From assembly GCA_050945495.1 (NCBI GenBank), contig JBMNTA010000006.1:16178-80177 (forward strand): DNA of 64,000 nt, in the 5' to 3' direction. This DNA is from Saccharofermentanales bacterium (GTDB taxonomy: Bacteria > Bacillota > Clostridia > Saccharofermentanales > DTU023). This document shows positions 54,065-62,474 of this stretch, one piece after another. The notes under the pieces are model-generated. The model was not told the origin of the DNA, made no database searches, and saw only the letters and a program-made list of their open reading frames with translations. Each line of letters begins with the position of its first letter. Position 1 is the first letter of the stretch. A program made the position numbers and the translations under genes.

Positions 54065-55435
54065 TCATGGTGACGTGATGTTCCCATTGTCAACCTTTTT
54101 CGTGATTATTTCAAGCATGGCGCTTGCGCTCAGCCCGTCGCTTTCGTCGGTCGCACCGTCCGCTTCTTCTTCAAACCAACGGCGCAACGTCGCAACGGCG
54201 GACCGCGTCAAAGGATCGTCCGGTTGACGGTGATGCAAGGCGTCCACCAAGGTCTTTCGCAGGAAAAAAAGCGCGCTCGGCAAGAACACCGTGAATTGGC
54301 TGCCGACCCCGAGTTCGCTCTCGGCCTCGATGCGCCCGTGATGCATGGAGGCGAGTTCGAGGGCGATCGACAAGCCGAGGCCGGTCCCGCCGAACTGACG
54401 CGAACCGGTCTTGTCGACGCGGTAAAAACGCTCAAAAATGCTCGCCAGATGTTCGTTGGCGATCCCGATGCCGTTGTCCTTCACCTTGACGTAGACGTCG
54501 CCGACGACGTCCCCGACCAACACGTCGACCGTTCCGCCCCGCTCCGTGTACCTGAGCGCGTTGACGATCAAGTTGGTCAGCACGCGTTCCACGGCGCTTC
54601 GGTCGGCAAAGATCAAGGGTCGGGCGACGGTCGAACACCGCAAACGGACGCCGCGTTCGTCGGCCAAATCGGCCAAGCGATCGGCGACGGTCACGACCGT
54701 GTCGTTGAGATCGAGCACGCAGGCGTCGACCAAGATGCCGCTGCTGTCGATGCGCGAGAGCAGCAAGAGATCGGAGATCAGGTGCTCCATACGGCACGAA
54801 TCGTCGTAGATCCGCTGCACGTCGCCACGGATGTCCTCCCGCGATTTCTCCTCAATCCCCCAGTCCAAGAGCGTTTCCGAGTAAGACTTCATGGTGGTCA
54901 ACGGGGTCTTCAATTCATGGGAGACGTTGGCGACAAAGGTCTTGCGACGCTCTTCTTGTCGGACGAGTTCCGTGAAATCGTGGATGGTGATGATGTGGCC
55001 GCCGAGTCGCGCTTGGTCGTTCGGAAACGGACGGTGCTGCAAAATCATGCGCAGCGAACGCCCGTTCAACGAGAGGTCCCCCGACACGGTGTCGCTTGCC
55101 AGATGGAAGGCGGCGCGCATGCCGTTGTCGGTGCCGAAGCGTTCGAGAAAGCCGCCCAATGTGTCGGGAATGACACCCAGGAATTCGTGGGCCATGGGAT
55201 TGGTCGCGATGAGGCGGTCGTCGCTTCCGTACGCCGCGATGCCGACGTTCAACGACGCCAGAATCGCCTGCGATTCGGTGCGTTCATCGGCGATGGCGCG
55301 CATCGTGCGGACGACGTCTTGATTGGCGCGCAGCCGCGCGTGACGTGCCCGCCAATACATGAGCGGCACCACGACGGCGCACGTCGCCAATACGGTGATG
55401 ATTACGATGACGGGGGTGCTCATCGTCCCGTGCAA
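54065..55435 (-). CDS. sensor histidine kinase (single TM, PAS, HisKA, HATPase)
   Basis: H-box FVANVSHELKTPLT, N-box NLIVNALRYT, G-boxes DNGIGI and GGTGLGLSI. Start ambiguous (TTG 55435 or ATG 55423). Confidence 0.85.
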   Translation of the reverse strand: MHGTMSTPVIVIITVLATCAVVVPLMYWRARHARLRANQDVVRTMRAIADERTESQAILASLNVGIAAYGSDDRLIATNPMAHEFLGVIPDTLGGFLERFGTDNGMRAAFHLASDTVSGDLSLNGRSLRMILQHRPFPNDQARLGGHIITIHDFTELVRQEERRKTFVANVSHELKTPLTTMKSYSETLLDWGIEEKSREDIRGDVQRIYDDSCRMEHLISDLLLLSRIDSSGILVDACVLDLNDTVVTVADRLADLADERGVRLRCSTVARPLIFADRSAVERVLTNLIVNALRYTERGGTVDVLVGDVVGDVYVKVKDNGIGIANEHLASIFERFYRVDKTGSRQFGGTGLGLSIALELASMHHGRIEAESELGVGSQFTVFLPSALFFLRKTLVDALHHRQPDDPLTRSAVATLRRWFEEEADGATDESDGLSASAMLEIITKKVDNGNITSP

Positions 55436-56143
55436 TCAGTGGGCGTCTTCTTGGTCGCGTCGGAAGTAATAGCCGACGCCGCGTTTCGTCAAAATGTAAC
55501 GGAAACAGTCGGGATCGGGCTCGATCTTTTCACGCGCACGCCGAACGGTCACGTCGACGGTGCGCACATCGCCGTAATAATCGTATTCCCAGACGTTCTC
55601 GAGGAGTTCTTCGCGGGTAAACACTTGGCCGGCGTGGCCGGCAAGGAAGCGCACCAATTCATACTCGCGGAGCGTGAGGTCCACGGGCTCGCCGTTCAAG
55701 GTCACCTCATACGCGTCCTGATCGATGACGATGTCGCCGATCTCGATCAACGGCGAGGTCTCGACCGCATCGCCCTGCAGGCTGACGCGGCGCAATTGCG
55801 CTTTGACGCGCGCGACGACTTCGCGCACGCTGAACGGCTTCGTGATGTAATCATCGGCACCGAGCTCGAGGCCGACGACCTTGTCGATCTCTTCGCTCTT
55901 GGCGGTGATCATGATGATGGGCACCGTCGACACGCGACGGATATGTTTGCAGACGTCAAAGCCGTCCATGCCGGGCAGCATGCAGTCCAGAAGAATCAGA
56001 TCCGGTCGATGTTCGTCGGCCAAACGAATGGCCTCTTCCCCATCGTAAGCGGGGATCACCTCATGACCTTCGCGTTCCAGGTTGGAGCGCAGGATATTCA
56101 CAATGTTGGGCTCGTCGTCGACGACGAGGATGCGCGCGTTCAC
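55436..56143 (-). CDS. OmpR/WalR-type response regulator
   Basis: ILVVDDEPNI...DLILLDCMLPGMDG receiver domain plus winged-helix C-terminus (LTLREYELVRFL...RTVDVTVRRAREKIE). GTG start at 56143, 7 nt after GGAGGAG. ORF track extends to 56176. Confidence 0.9.
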   Translation of the reverse strand: MNARILVVDDEPNIVNILRSNLEREGHEVIPAYDGEEAIRLADEHRPDLILLDCMLPGMDGFDVCKHIRRVSTVPIIMITAKSEEIDKVVGLELGADDYITKPFSVREVVARVKAQLRRVSLQGDAVETSPLIEIGDIVIDQDAYEVTLNGEPVDLTLREYELVRFLAGHAGQVFTREELLENVWEYDYYGDVRTVDVTVRRAREKIEPDPDCFRYILTKRGVGYYFRRDQEDAH

Positions 56144-56213
56144 GATCAACCTCCTCCATGCATGATTCGTCGGCATCGGCCGCCGATGGGTTCATCGGCG
56201 ACCTGCATCGCTG

Positions 56214-56960
56214 TCAATCGTCCGATCCGAACAGACCGGTCTTGGACAACGCCGCGATGTCGGCGATGACCGTCACGTCCGGATGTAATTGCAAAATGGA
56301 CCCCGGCGACCACGGATTCACGGGACCCATGCATGTATCGGCGATGGCTTCGGCCTTGCCCGCCCCGTTGGCGAGCAGGAGGATGCGCTTGGCGCACATG
56401 ATGCCGCGCATGCCGAGCGAGATCGCCTCGTGAGGCATCTCCGAGGGATCATCGAAGAAACGCTGATTGGCGTGGATGGTGCTCTCGGTCAATGCCGTGC
56501 AATGCGTTTCGGGGATGAACCGATCGCCCGGTTCGTTGAAGGCGATGTGGCCGTTCGGCCCGATGCCCAGCAATTGGATGTCTTGGTACCCCAATTGTTC
56601 CAATCGATCGTCGTACGTGCGGCACTCCGCCTCGATGTCATCGGCCATGCCGTCGGGCACGAACGCCCGATCGGGACGGATGTTGACGCGGCTGTAAAAA
56701 TACGTCTCCATGTACGCACGGTAGCTTTGCGGATGGTCGCCCGAAAGCCCGATGTATTCGTCGAGATTGACCGCCCACACGCGGGAAAAATCCAAATGTT
56801 CCTCGCGGTGCATGCGGGCGAGTTCATCGTACGTGCCGATGGGCGTCGACCCCGTGGCCAACCCGAGCACGGCGTGCGGGTTCAGACGAACGACCGACGC
56901 AAGGATGCGTGCGGCCTCAAGGCTCATTTCATGCGCATTCGCAACACAGATGATTTTCAT
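56214..56960 (-). CDS. nagB: glucosamine-6-phosphate deaminase
   Basis: VLGLATGSTPIGTY, NLDEYIGL, LLGIGPNGHIAFNEPG. Start MKIICV (ATG 56960), or GTG 56975. Confidence 0.9.
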   Translation of the reverse strand: MKIICVANAHEMSLEAARILASVVRLNPHAVLGLATGSTPIGTYDELARMHREEHLDFSRVWAVNLDEYIGLSGDHPQSYRAYMETYFYSRVNIRPDRAFVPDGMADDIEAECRTYDDRLEQLGYQDIQLLGIGPNGHIAFNEPGDRFIPETHCTALTESTIHANQRFFDDPSEMPHEAISLGMRGIMCAKRILLLANGAGKAEAIADTCMGPVNPWSPGSILQLHPDVTVIADIAALSKTGLFGSDD

Positions 56961-57067
56961 ACATTTGCATGTCACGCGCCTCCGTGCGCGTGACCCGCTC
57001 CTATCTAATGCAAAAGTGGTGACGCCGTGCGACCGAAAACGCCCCGCGACGCCATGTCGTGTCTATT

Positions 57068-58375
57068 CTAGCACGATGCCGACCGATCGAAGATCGGTTC
57101 GGGCAAGACGTGTCCGTCGCGGATGCGTTCGACAATGTCTCGATCGTCGCCGACAAACATGAATTTCTGCAGTCGTTCGAAGACGGACAGCGGACGGAAG
57201 CGCGTGAACCGCGCATCGTCGATCACCAACGCATCGAAATGATGCCCCGGCACGAAGGCGCCGGTCTTGCCGAAGAACGATCCGCCCATGGCCGTGCCCA
57301 TGTGGAACGCTTCCGTGAACGTGATGACGCGATGCGCGCCGTCCGTAAGCTTCCACAAGAGGCGGGAATGTTTCATGGCGGACGTCACGGCATGCCCGAT
57401 GAAGAGCTTGTCGCCGCCGCCGATGTCGCTTCCCAAACCGATCCGGAGCCCACGGTCGAGCATGGAACCGGCCGGCATGATCCCCGACGCGATGTTCTCG
57501 TTCGACGCGGGACAGTGCGCGATCAAGACATCGCGATCCCGCATCATCTCCAGTTCCTCCGGCGTGTTGTAAATGCCGTGCGCCATGATCGTCTTGCCTT
57601 TCGGCAACAGCCCGGCCTCGTCGTACACGCCCAAATAATGATCGGTGCCGGGGAACAGCTCTTTGACCCACGCGATTTCATCGTGGTTCTCGTTCACGTG
57701 CGACTGAACCGCCAAGTCATGGCGGCGCGCCTCTTCTCCGAGCCAGCGGAGCAAGGTCGGCGTGCATGACGGCGCAAAGCGCGGCGTCAAAATCGGATGT
57801 ACGTCGCGATCGGCATACGCACGGGCGCCGTCGAGGAAACGTGTCGTCGCCTCCATCGATTCGCGGGTCGTCTCTTCATAGTTCTCCCCGCCGTTTTGAT
57901 CCATGTTGACCTTCCCGACATACGCCGAAAGGCCCGCTTCGGCAAACAGGCGCATCAGCATCAACGACGCGTCGGCATGCAGGCTCGAAAAGATGGCGCA
58001 ATGGAGTGTCCCCACGCGCCAGAGATCGCGGATCAGCGACCGAAAGACGCGCTCCGCATAGGCCGCGTCGGCAAAACGCGCTTCTTCGGGAAACGTGTAC
58101 GTCTCAAGCCACGGCAAGAGTTGTTTGTCGTAGCCCAAACCGGTCGTCACGTACTGCACGGCGTGCAGATGGCAATCCGAAAATCCGGGCATGATCAGAT
58201 GTCCCGACCGATCGACGATCTCGACGTCGGACCCGACGTTGGGACATGCCTCGTAGATGCCCTCGATCCGACCGTCTTCGCACGCCAAATAGGCGTTTTC
58301 ATGAACATCGACCGCGTCCGGTGTCGGCGCGGAAATAAAGTCTCCCTTGATGAGATAACGTTTACGTGTCATCAT
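57068..58375 (-). CDS. guaD: guanine deaminase-like amidohydrolase
   Basis: PGFSDCHLHAVQY, LLPWLETYTFPEEARFAD...GTLHCAIFSS follows the guanine-deaminase pattern (HxH, WL..YTFPEE). SD GGGAGG. Confidence 0.75.
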   Translation of the reverse strand: MMTRKRYLIKGDFISAPTPDAVDVHENAYLACEDGRIEGIYEACPNVGSDVEIVDRSGHLIMPGFSDCHLHAVQYVTTGLGYDKQLLPWLETYTFPEEARFADAAYAERVFRSLIRDLWRVGTLHCAIFSSLHADASLMLMRLFAEAGLSAYVGKVNMDQNGGENYEETTRESMEATTRFLDGARAYADRDVHPILTPRFAPSCTPTLLRWLGEEARRHDLAVQSHVNENHDEIAWVKELFPGTDHYLGVYDEAGLLPKGKTIMAHGIYNTPEELEMMRDRDVLIAHCPASNENIASGIMPAGSMLDRGLRIGLGSDIGGGDKLFIGHAVTSAMKHSRLLWKLTDGAHRVITFTEAFHMGTAMGGSFFGKTGAFVPGHHFDALVIDDARFTRFRPLSVFERLQKFMFVGDDRDIVERIRDGHVLPEPIFDRSASC

Positions 58376-58487
58376 GCACCTCCCATCGGTGATGAATATC
58401 TAAAACAACGATATATCGTCGCAGACATGTTGCATGACTTTAACAGTATACAGGAACCTTTGCGCTTCATCATGGTAAAATGGGCGC

Positions 58488-59039
58488 ATGAGTTTGGGAC
58501 GTTTCTTTTTTTTGATTTTTCGGATCAGCAGCTTGACGTTCGGCGGCGGCTATACGATCGTCCCCATGATCCGCGAAGAATTCGTGCAGCGCCAGCAGGT
58601 GCTCTCCGACGACGAGATGTTGGATTTGATTGCGCTTTCGCAAGCGTCGCCGGGGGCGTTGGCGGTGTCCACGTCGCTGCTCACGGGGTACAAGCTCAAA
58701 GGCAAGTTGGGGGCCGTTTTGGGCGCCCTGGGCGCCGCCCTGCCGCCCCTCATCATCATCTCGGTGCTCTATTATTTTTATGAAGCGTTTGCCCAAAACG
58801 TCTGGGTGCGCGCGGCCCTTCGCGGCATGAGCGGAGCCGTCGCCGCCATCATGATCCTCGCCGTGTGGGATCTCGGCAAAGCGTCGCTGAAAAAGCACCC
58901 GGTCTTTTCGAGCCTGGTGCTCGTCGGCGCCTTCCTCGTGAGCTTCTTCACCACGATCAATACGGGGCTCATCATCCTCGCGATCGGACTGCTCGGCATC
59001 GTGACGTTCACGTTTGTTCCGGAGGAGCACATTCGATGA
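58488..59039 (+). CDS. chromate-transporter (CHR) family short protein, subunit 1
   Basis: FRISSLTFGGGYTIVPMIREEFV...SQASPGALAVSTS is the CHR half-domain signature. 183 aa. Confidence 0.85.
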   Translation: MSLGRFFFLIFRISSLTFGGGYTIVPMIREEFVQRQQVLSDDEMLDLIALSQASPGALAVSTSLLTGYKLKGKLGAVLGALGAALPPLIIISVLYYFYEAFAQNVWVRAALRGMSGAVAAIMILAVWDLGKASLKKHPVFSSLVLVGAFLVSFFTTINTGLIILAIGLLGIVTFTFVPEEHIR

Positions 59040-59602
59040 TGCTCCTCAAGCTGTTCCTCGCTTTTTTGGAAGTGGGCGCCTTTGCCTTCGGCGGAGGCTA
59101 CGCCGCCCTCCCCCTGATCGAACGCGCCTGTGTCACGCGCAACGGCTGGCTCACGATCCAGGAAATGACGGACGTGGTGGCCATCTCGCAAGTGACCCCC
59201 GGCCCCATCGCCCTCAACGCGGCCACCTTCGTCGGCACCCGCCTCGCGGGCTTTGCCGGCGCGATCGTCGCGACGACGGCGACCATCCTCCCGCAGTTCA
59301 TCATTTTGATGATCCTCTCGCACTTCCTGTTCAAGGGCAAACCACTCACCCTCATGGACCGTGCCCTCGAAGCGCTGCGCCCCGGCGTTGCGGGCCTCAT
59401 CGGCGTCGCGGCCCTCTCGATGTTTACGGGAGCGATCTTGACGTCGACCGCGCCGCTCACGGTCGATTTCGTGGCGCTTGCGGCCTTTATCGTCGTCTTC
59501 CTCTTGCGCTTGAAGCGCATCAACATTTTGATCTTGATTCCCATCGGCGCGGGCATCGGGCTCCTCGGCGGCCTCATCGAACACCTCTCGACACTTCCGT
59601 AA
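59036..59602 (+). CDS. chromate-transporter (CHR) family short protein, subunit 2
   Basis: Start ATG 59036 overlaps the subunit-1 stop (ATGATG). LEVGAFAFGGGYAALPLIE...SQVTPGPIALNAATF. ORF track 58865..59602 trimmed. Confidence 0.85.
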   Translation: MMLLKLFLAFLEVGAFAFGGGYAALPLIERACVTRNGWLTIQEMTDVVAISQVTPGPIALNAATFVGTRLAGFAGAIVATTATILPQFIILMILSHFLFKGKPLTLMDRALEALRPGVAGLIGVAALSMFTGAILTSTAPLTVDFVALAAFIVVFLLRLKRINILILIPIGAGIGLLGGLIEHLSTLP

Positions 59603-59635
59603 GGCCGACGGCCACGTCCCAACGTGCCCTCTCCT

Positions 59636-60862
59636 TCACGCTTCGAGACAGACCCGCTCGATCACATGACAAAACACGTCGGCGACGCGGCAGACGTCGT
59701 CCAGGTCGACTTCCTCCTCGGCGGAATGGCAGAGCTGCCCGTCGCCCGGGCCGTACACGATCGTCGGAATGCCGAGATCGTTCACCAAAAAGTCCATGTC
59801 GTAGTAATTGTTGGAAAAGCGCGGTTCGATCGGACCGATGCCCGACGCGGCGGCGGCCGACTGCAAGATCTCGGCCAACGGCGTGTCGACCGGCGTCAAG
59901 GTCGGGTTCAATCCGCGTTGACGGATCGGCGCCCAGTGCCAGTCGGGGCGCGCGATCTCGCAGGTCGCGACGACGGACGGATCCTCCCGATGCACTTGAT
60001 CCAAAACGGCTTGCACCTCGGCCAACGCCCTCGCCGAGTCCTCGCCCGGCACGGTCCGACGATCCATCCGAATGACGGCTTCGTTCGGCACATTGTTGTA
60101 TGCCGTCCCGGCCTCGATCATGCTGACGCAGAGCGATCCTCGAACGATGCCCAAGACGCCGAGATCGACCTTCGGACATGGCATTTGAAACAGACGCTCC
60201 AAGATCGGCATGGCTTTTTCGATCGCGTTGACGCCCATCCACGGCGCGCCCGCATGGGCCGTCTTGCCCTGCACCCGGATCACGATCGGCGTGGTGCCGC
60301 GGCATCCGAATTCCGCCGTGACGGTGTTCGTGGGCTCGGTGACAAAAGCATAATCGGCGCGGATGCCCTGTTCGGCCAAAGCATAACTGCCGCGGTGCTC
60401 CGATTCTTCGTCGACCACCGCCGCCACGCACAGGGAGCGCCGAAAGGGGCGTCCGAGCCGCGTCATCGCGATCGCCGCGGCGAGGGCGGCCGCAAGCCCG
60501 CCCTTTTGATCGACGGTCCCGCGCCCCCACATCTTGTTGTCGCGAACACGCGCGGAGAGCGCATCGCGCATGTCCAACAGCGGCACGGTATCGTAATGTC
60601 CGTGCAAGAGTAGCCCGTGCGGCGCGCTCCACGCATCGCCGCCGGCCGTCAACAAGATGTTTTCGCGGCGCTTTGCCACGGGTTGCCGCTCAACCGTCAA
60701 GCCGTGCGTGCACCCGATCTTTGCAATCAATCGACCGGCGTCGTATTCATGCCCGGTCACGCTTTCGCACGTAACGATCCGCTCGAGAATCGCATGCACT
60801 TCGCTCGGCCGCATGACGCCGTCGTCACCGATATACGTTCCGGAAAAGTTCGGTTGATCCAT
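59636..60862 (-). CDS. M20-family metallopeptidase/deacylase (ArgE/DapE/CPG2-like)
   Basis: LLHGHYDTVP, WGRGTVDQKGG, VVDEESEHRGS metal ligands. Start trimmed to MDQPNF (ATG 60862, GAGGCAGGG upstream). ORF track 60898. Confidence 0.8.
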   Translation of the reverse strand: MDQPNFSGTYIGDDGVMRPSEVHAILERIVTCESVTGHEYDAGRLIAKIGCTHGLTVERQPVAKRRENILLTAGGDAWSAPHGLLLHGHYDTVPLLDMRDALSARVRDNKMWGRGTVDQKGGLAAALAAAIAMTRLGRPFRRSLCVAAVVDEESEHRGSYALAEQGIRADYAFVTEPTNTVTAEFGCRGTTPIVIRVQGKTAHAGAPWMGVNAIEKAMPILERLFQMPCPKVDLGVLGIVRGSLCVSMIEAGTAYNNVPNEAVIRMDRRTVPGEDSARALAEVQAVLDQVHREDPSVVATCEIARPDWHWAPIRQRGLNPTLTPVDTPLAEILQSAAAASGIGPIEPRFSNNYYDMDFLVNDLGIPTIVYGPGDGQLCHSAEEEVDLDDVCRVADVFCHVIERVCLEA

Positions 60863-60937
60863 ATCCCTGCCTCGCCTCGATTCGGTCGTCCGATCCATGG
60901 GATCCGAAAGACTGATAACATGTCTATATTAGCCCAT

Positions 60938-60958
60938 GGATGCATCGCCGATGCATCC
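60938..60958. promoter_or_regulatory. perfect inverted repeat GGATGCATC-GCC-GATGCATCC (candidate operator or 5'-UTR hairpin)
   Basis: Read directly. Lies between the divergent M20 genes, 30 nt upstream of the YgeY-like ATG. Confidence 0.45.
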
Positions 60959-60987
60959 GTGGAAAAAATACCTTCCCGGAGAACACC

Positions 60988-62181
60988 ATGACCGACTTTG
61001 CCATTGAACCCACCGTCATCGCGTTATGCCAACGCCTGATCCGCCAACCGAGCGTATCCGGCCATGAAGGAGACGTCGCGCGGGTCCTCCGATCCTTTTT
61101 TACCGAGGTCCGAGCGGGAACGATCGATGTGGATCGGTACGGCAATCTCCTCGTCACCCTCAAGGGACGCCACCCCGGTCCGACGATCCTCTTTGACGGC
61201 CACATCGACACGGTGCCCGTGCCCGATCCGAGCGTATGGATCCACGATCCGTTCGGCGGCGTGATCGACGGTGACCGCCTCTACGGCCGAGGCGCCACCG
61301 ACATGAAAGGCGCTGTCGCGGCGATGTCCGTCGCGGCCGCCCGTTATTGGCACGACACGCGCGGCGATTTCGCCGGCACCATCGTCATCGCCGGCGTGGT
61401 GCACGAAGAGATCTTCGAGGGCGTCGCCCCCCGCCTGATCTCCCAAAACGTCCGTCCGGACGTCGTCGTCATCGGCGAAGCGACCCACTTGAACCTGAAC
61501 ATCGGTCAGCGCGGACGCGCCGAGATTCAGCTTGTCTCGCACGGCACGTCGGCCCACTCGGCGAACCCCGAGAAGGGCTACAACGCGATCTACCCGATGA
61601 CGGAGGCCATCCGACGGATCCATGCCCTGGAACCGGTCGAACACCCGAAACTCGGCCGCGGCATCTTGGAATTGACCGACATAAAGTCGTCGCCCTACCC
61701 GGGCACATCGGTCGTCCCCTCGATGTGCAAGGCAACGTACGACCGCCGTCTCCTACCGAACGAGACGCGCGAAAGCGTGCTCCGTCCGCTGCAATCCATC
61801 CTCGATCGCGTCCGACACGATCTGCCGAAATCGCACCTGGAGGTCGGCTTCGCCCACGGCGAGGCGCGGTGTTACACGGGTGCCGTCATCGCCTCGGAGC
61901 GCTTCTTCCCGGGATGGATCTACGACGAAAATCGGTGGTTTGTCCAAACGCCGCTTCGCGCCCTGAGAAGCCATGGGTTTGACGCCCCGATCGCGTACTA
62001 CAGCTTCTGCACAAACGGCAGCCACTACACGGGCGAAGCGCACATTCCGACAATCGGCTTCGGACCGTCGGAAGAATCGCTGTCGCACATCGTCGACGAA
62101 TCGATCGAACTCGACCAATTGATCCGCGCGGCCGAAGGCTACACGCACATCATGCGCGCGTTCACCGAACATAAACAATAG
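60988..62181 (+). CDS. M20-family peptidase, YgeY-like
   Basis: SVSGHEGDVA, FDGHIDTVPV, YGRGATDMKGAVAAM, GVVHEEIFEG. Start trimmed to MTDFAIE (ATG 60988). Confidence 0.75.
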   Translation: MTDFAIEPTVIALCQRLIRQPSVSGHEGDVARVLRSFFTEVRAGTIDVDRYGNLLVTLKGRHPGPTILFDGHIDTVPVPDPSVWIHDPFGGVIDGDRLYGRGATDMKGAVAAMSVAAARYWHDTRGDFAGTIVIAGVVHEEIFEGVAPRLISQNVRPDVVVIGEATHLNLNIGQRGRAEIQLVSHGTSAHSANPEKGYNAIYPMTEAIRRIHALEPVEHPKLGRGILELTDIKSSPYPGTSVVPSMCKATYDRRLLPNETRESVLRPLQSILDRVRHDLPKSHLEVGFAHGEARCYTGAVIASERFFPGWIYDENRWFVQTPLRALRSHGFDAPIAYYSFCTNGSHYTGEAHIPTIGFGPSEESLSHIVDESIELDQLIRAAEGYTHIMRAFTEHKQ

Positions 62182-62194
62182 AAAAGGAGTAGGA

Positions 62195-62350
62195 CCGGTA
62201 AAGCTTTTCGTAATCCAAATCTTCTAGGAACCGGTCGAGCAATCTCACCGAATCGTCAACGGGAACGAGTGTTTCTGTTTCGATTGGAAGGCACAGTTGA
62301 ATGTAGTCCCCGCTAAGGCTATACTCAAACTGTAAATTGTTTATTTGCAC
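62195..62350 (-). pseudogene. IS1182-family transposase N-terminal fragment (remnant)
   Basis: Translates ...IQLCLPIETETLVPVDDSVRLLDRFLEDLDYEKLYRSYS, which resembles the IS1182 N-terminus (TLPMETSVRIPQNDISRYVNEIVE...). Only ~50 codons are left. It sits in an AT-rich patch and runs into the 3' end of the YgeY-like gene. Confidence 0.55.
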
Positions 62351-62369
62351 ACATACATTTTACAAGATG

Positions 62370-62402
62370 AACGGTTGCTTTGCAGCCGTTTTTCTGTTTT
62401 TT
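62370..62402 (+). terminator. rho-independent terminator (plus strand)
   Basis: AACGGTTGC-TTT-GCAGCCGTT (one G-U pair), followed by TTTCTGTTTTTT. Confidence 0.65.
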
Positions 62403-62411
62403 GGACATTCG

Positions 62412-62451
62412 AAAAGGGGCCGTCCAAAACGTTTCGTTTTGAGACAGCCCC
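62412..62451 (-). terminator. rho-independent terminator after the CoADR-fusion gene
   Basis: Minus strand GGGGCTGTCTCAAAACG-AAA-CGTTTTGGACGGCCCC, followed by TTTTCGAAT. Confidence 0.7.
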
Positions 62452-62474
62452 ATGAACGATACGTTCGTTTCGCG

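Noticed and set aside
56971-56994. Perfect 9-bp hairpin GTCACGCGC-N6-GCGCGTGAC between guaD and nagB
   Set aside because: Considered as a terminator or translational switch. There is no U tract. The GGAGG in its loop is badly spaced for either candidate nagB start, so no consistent model could be built. Left unannotated.
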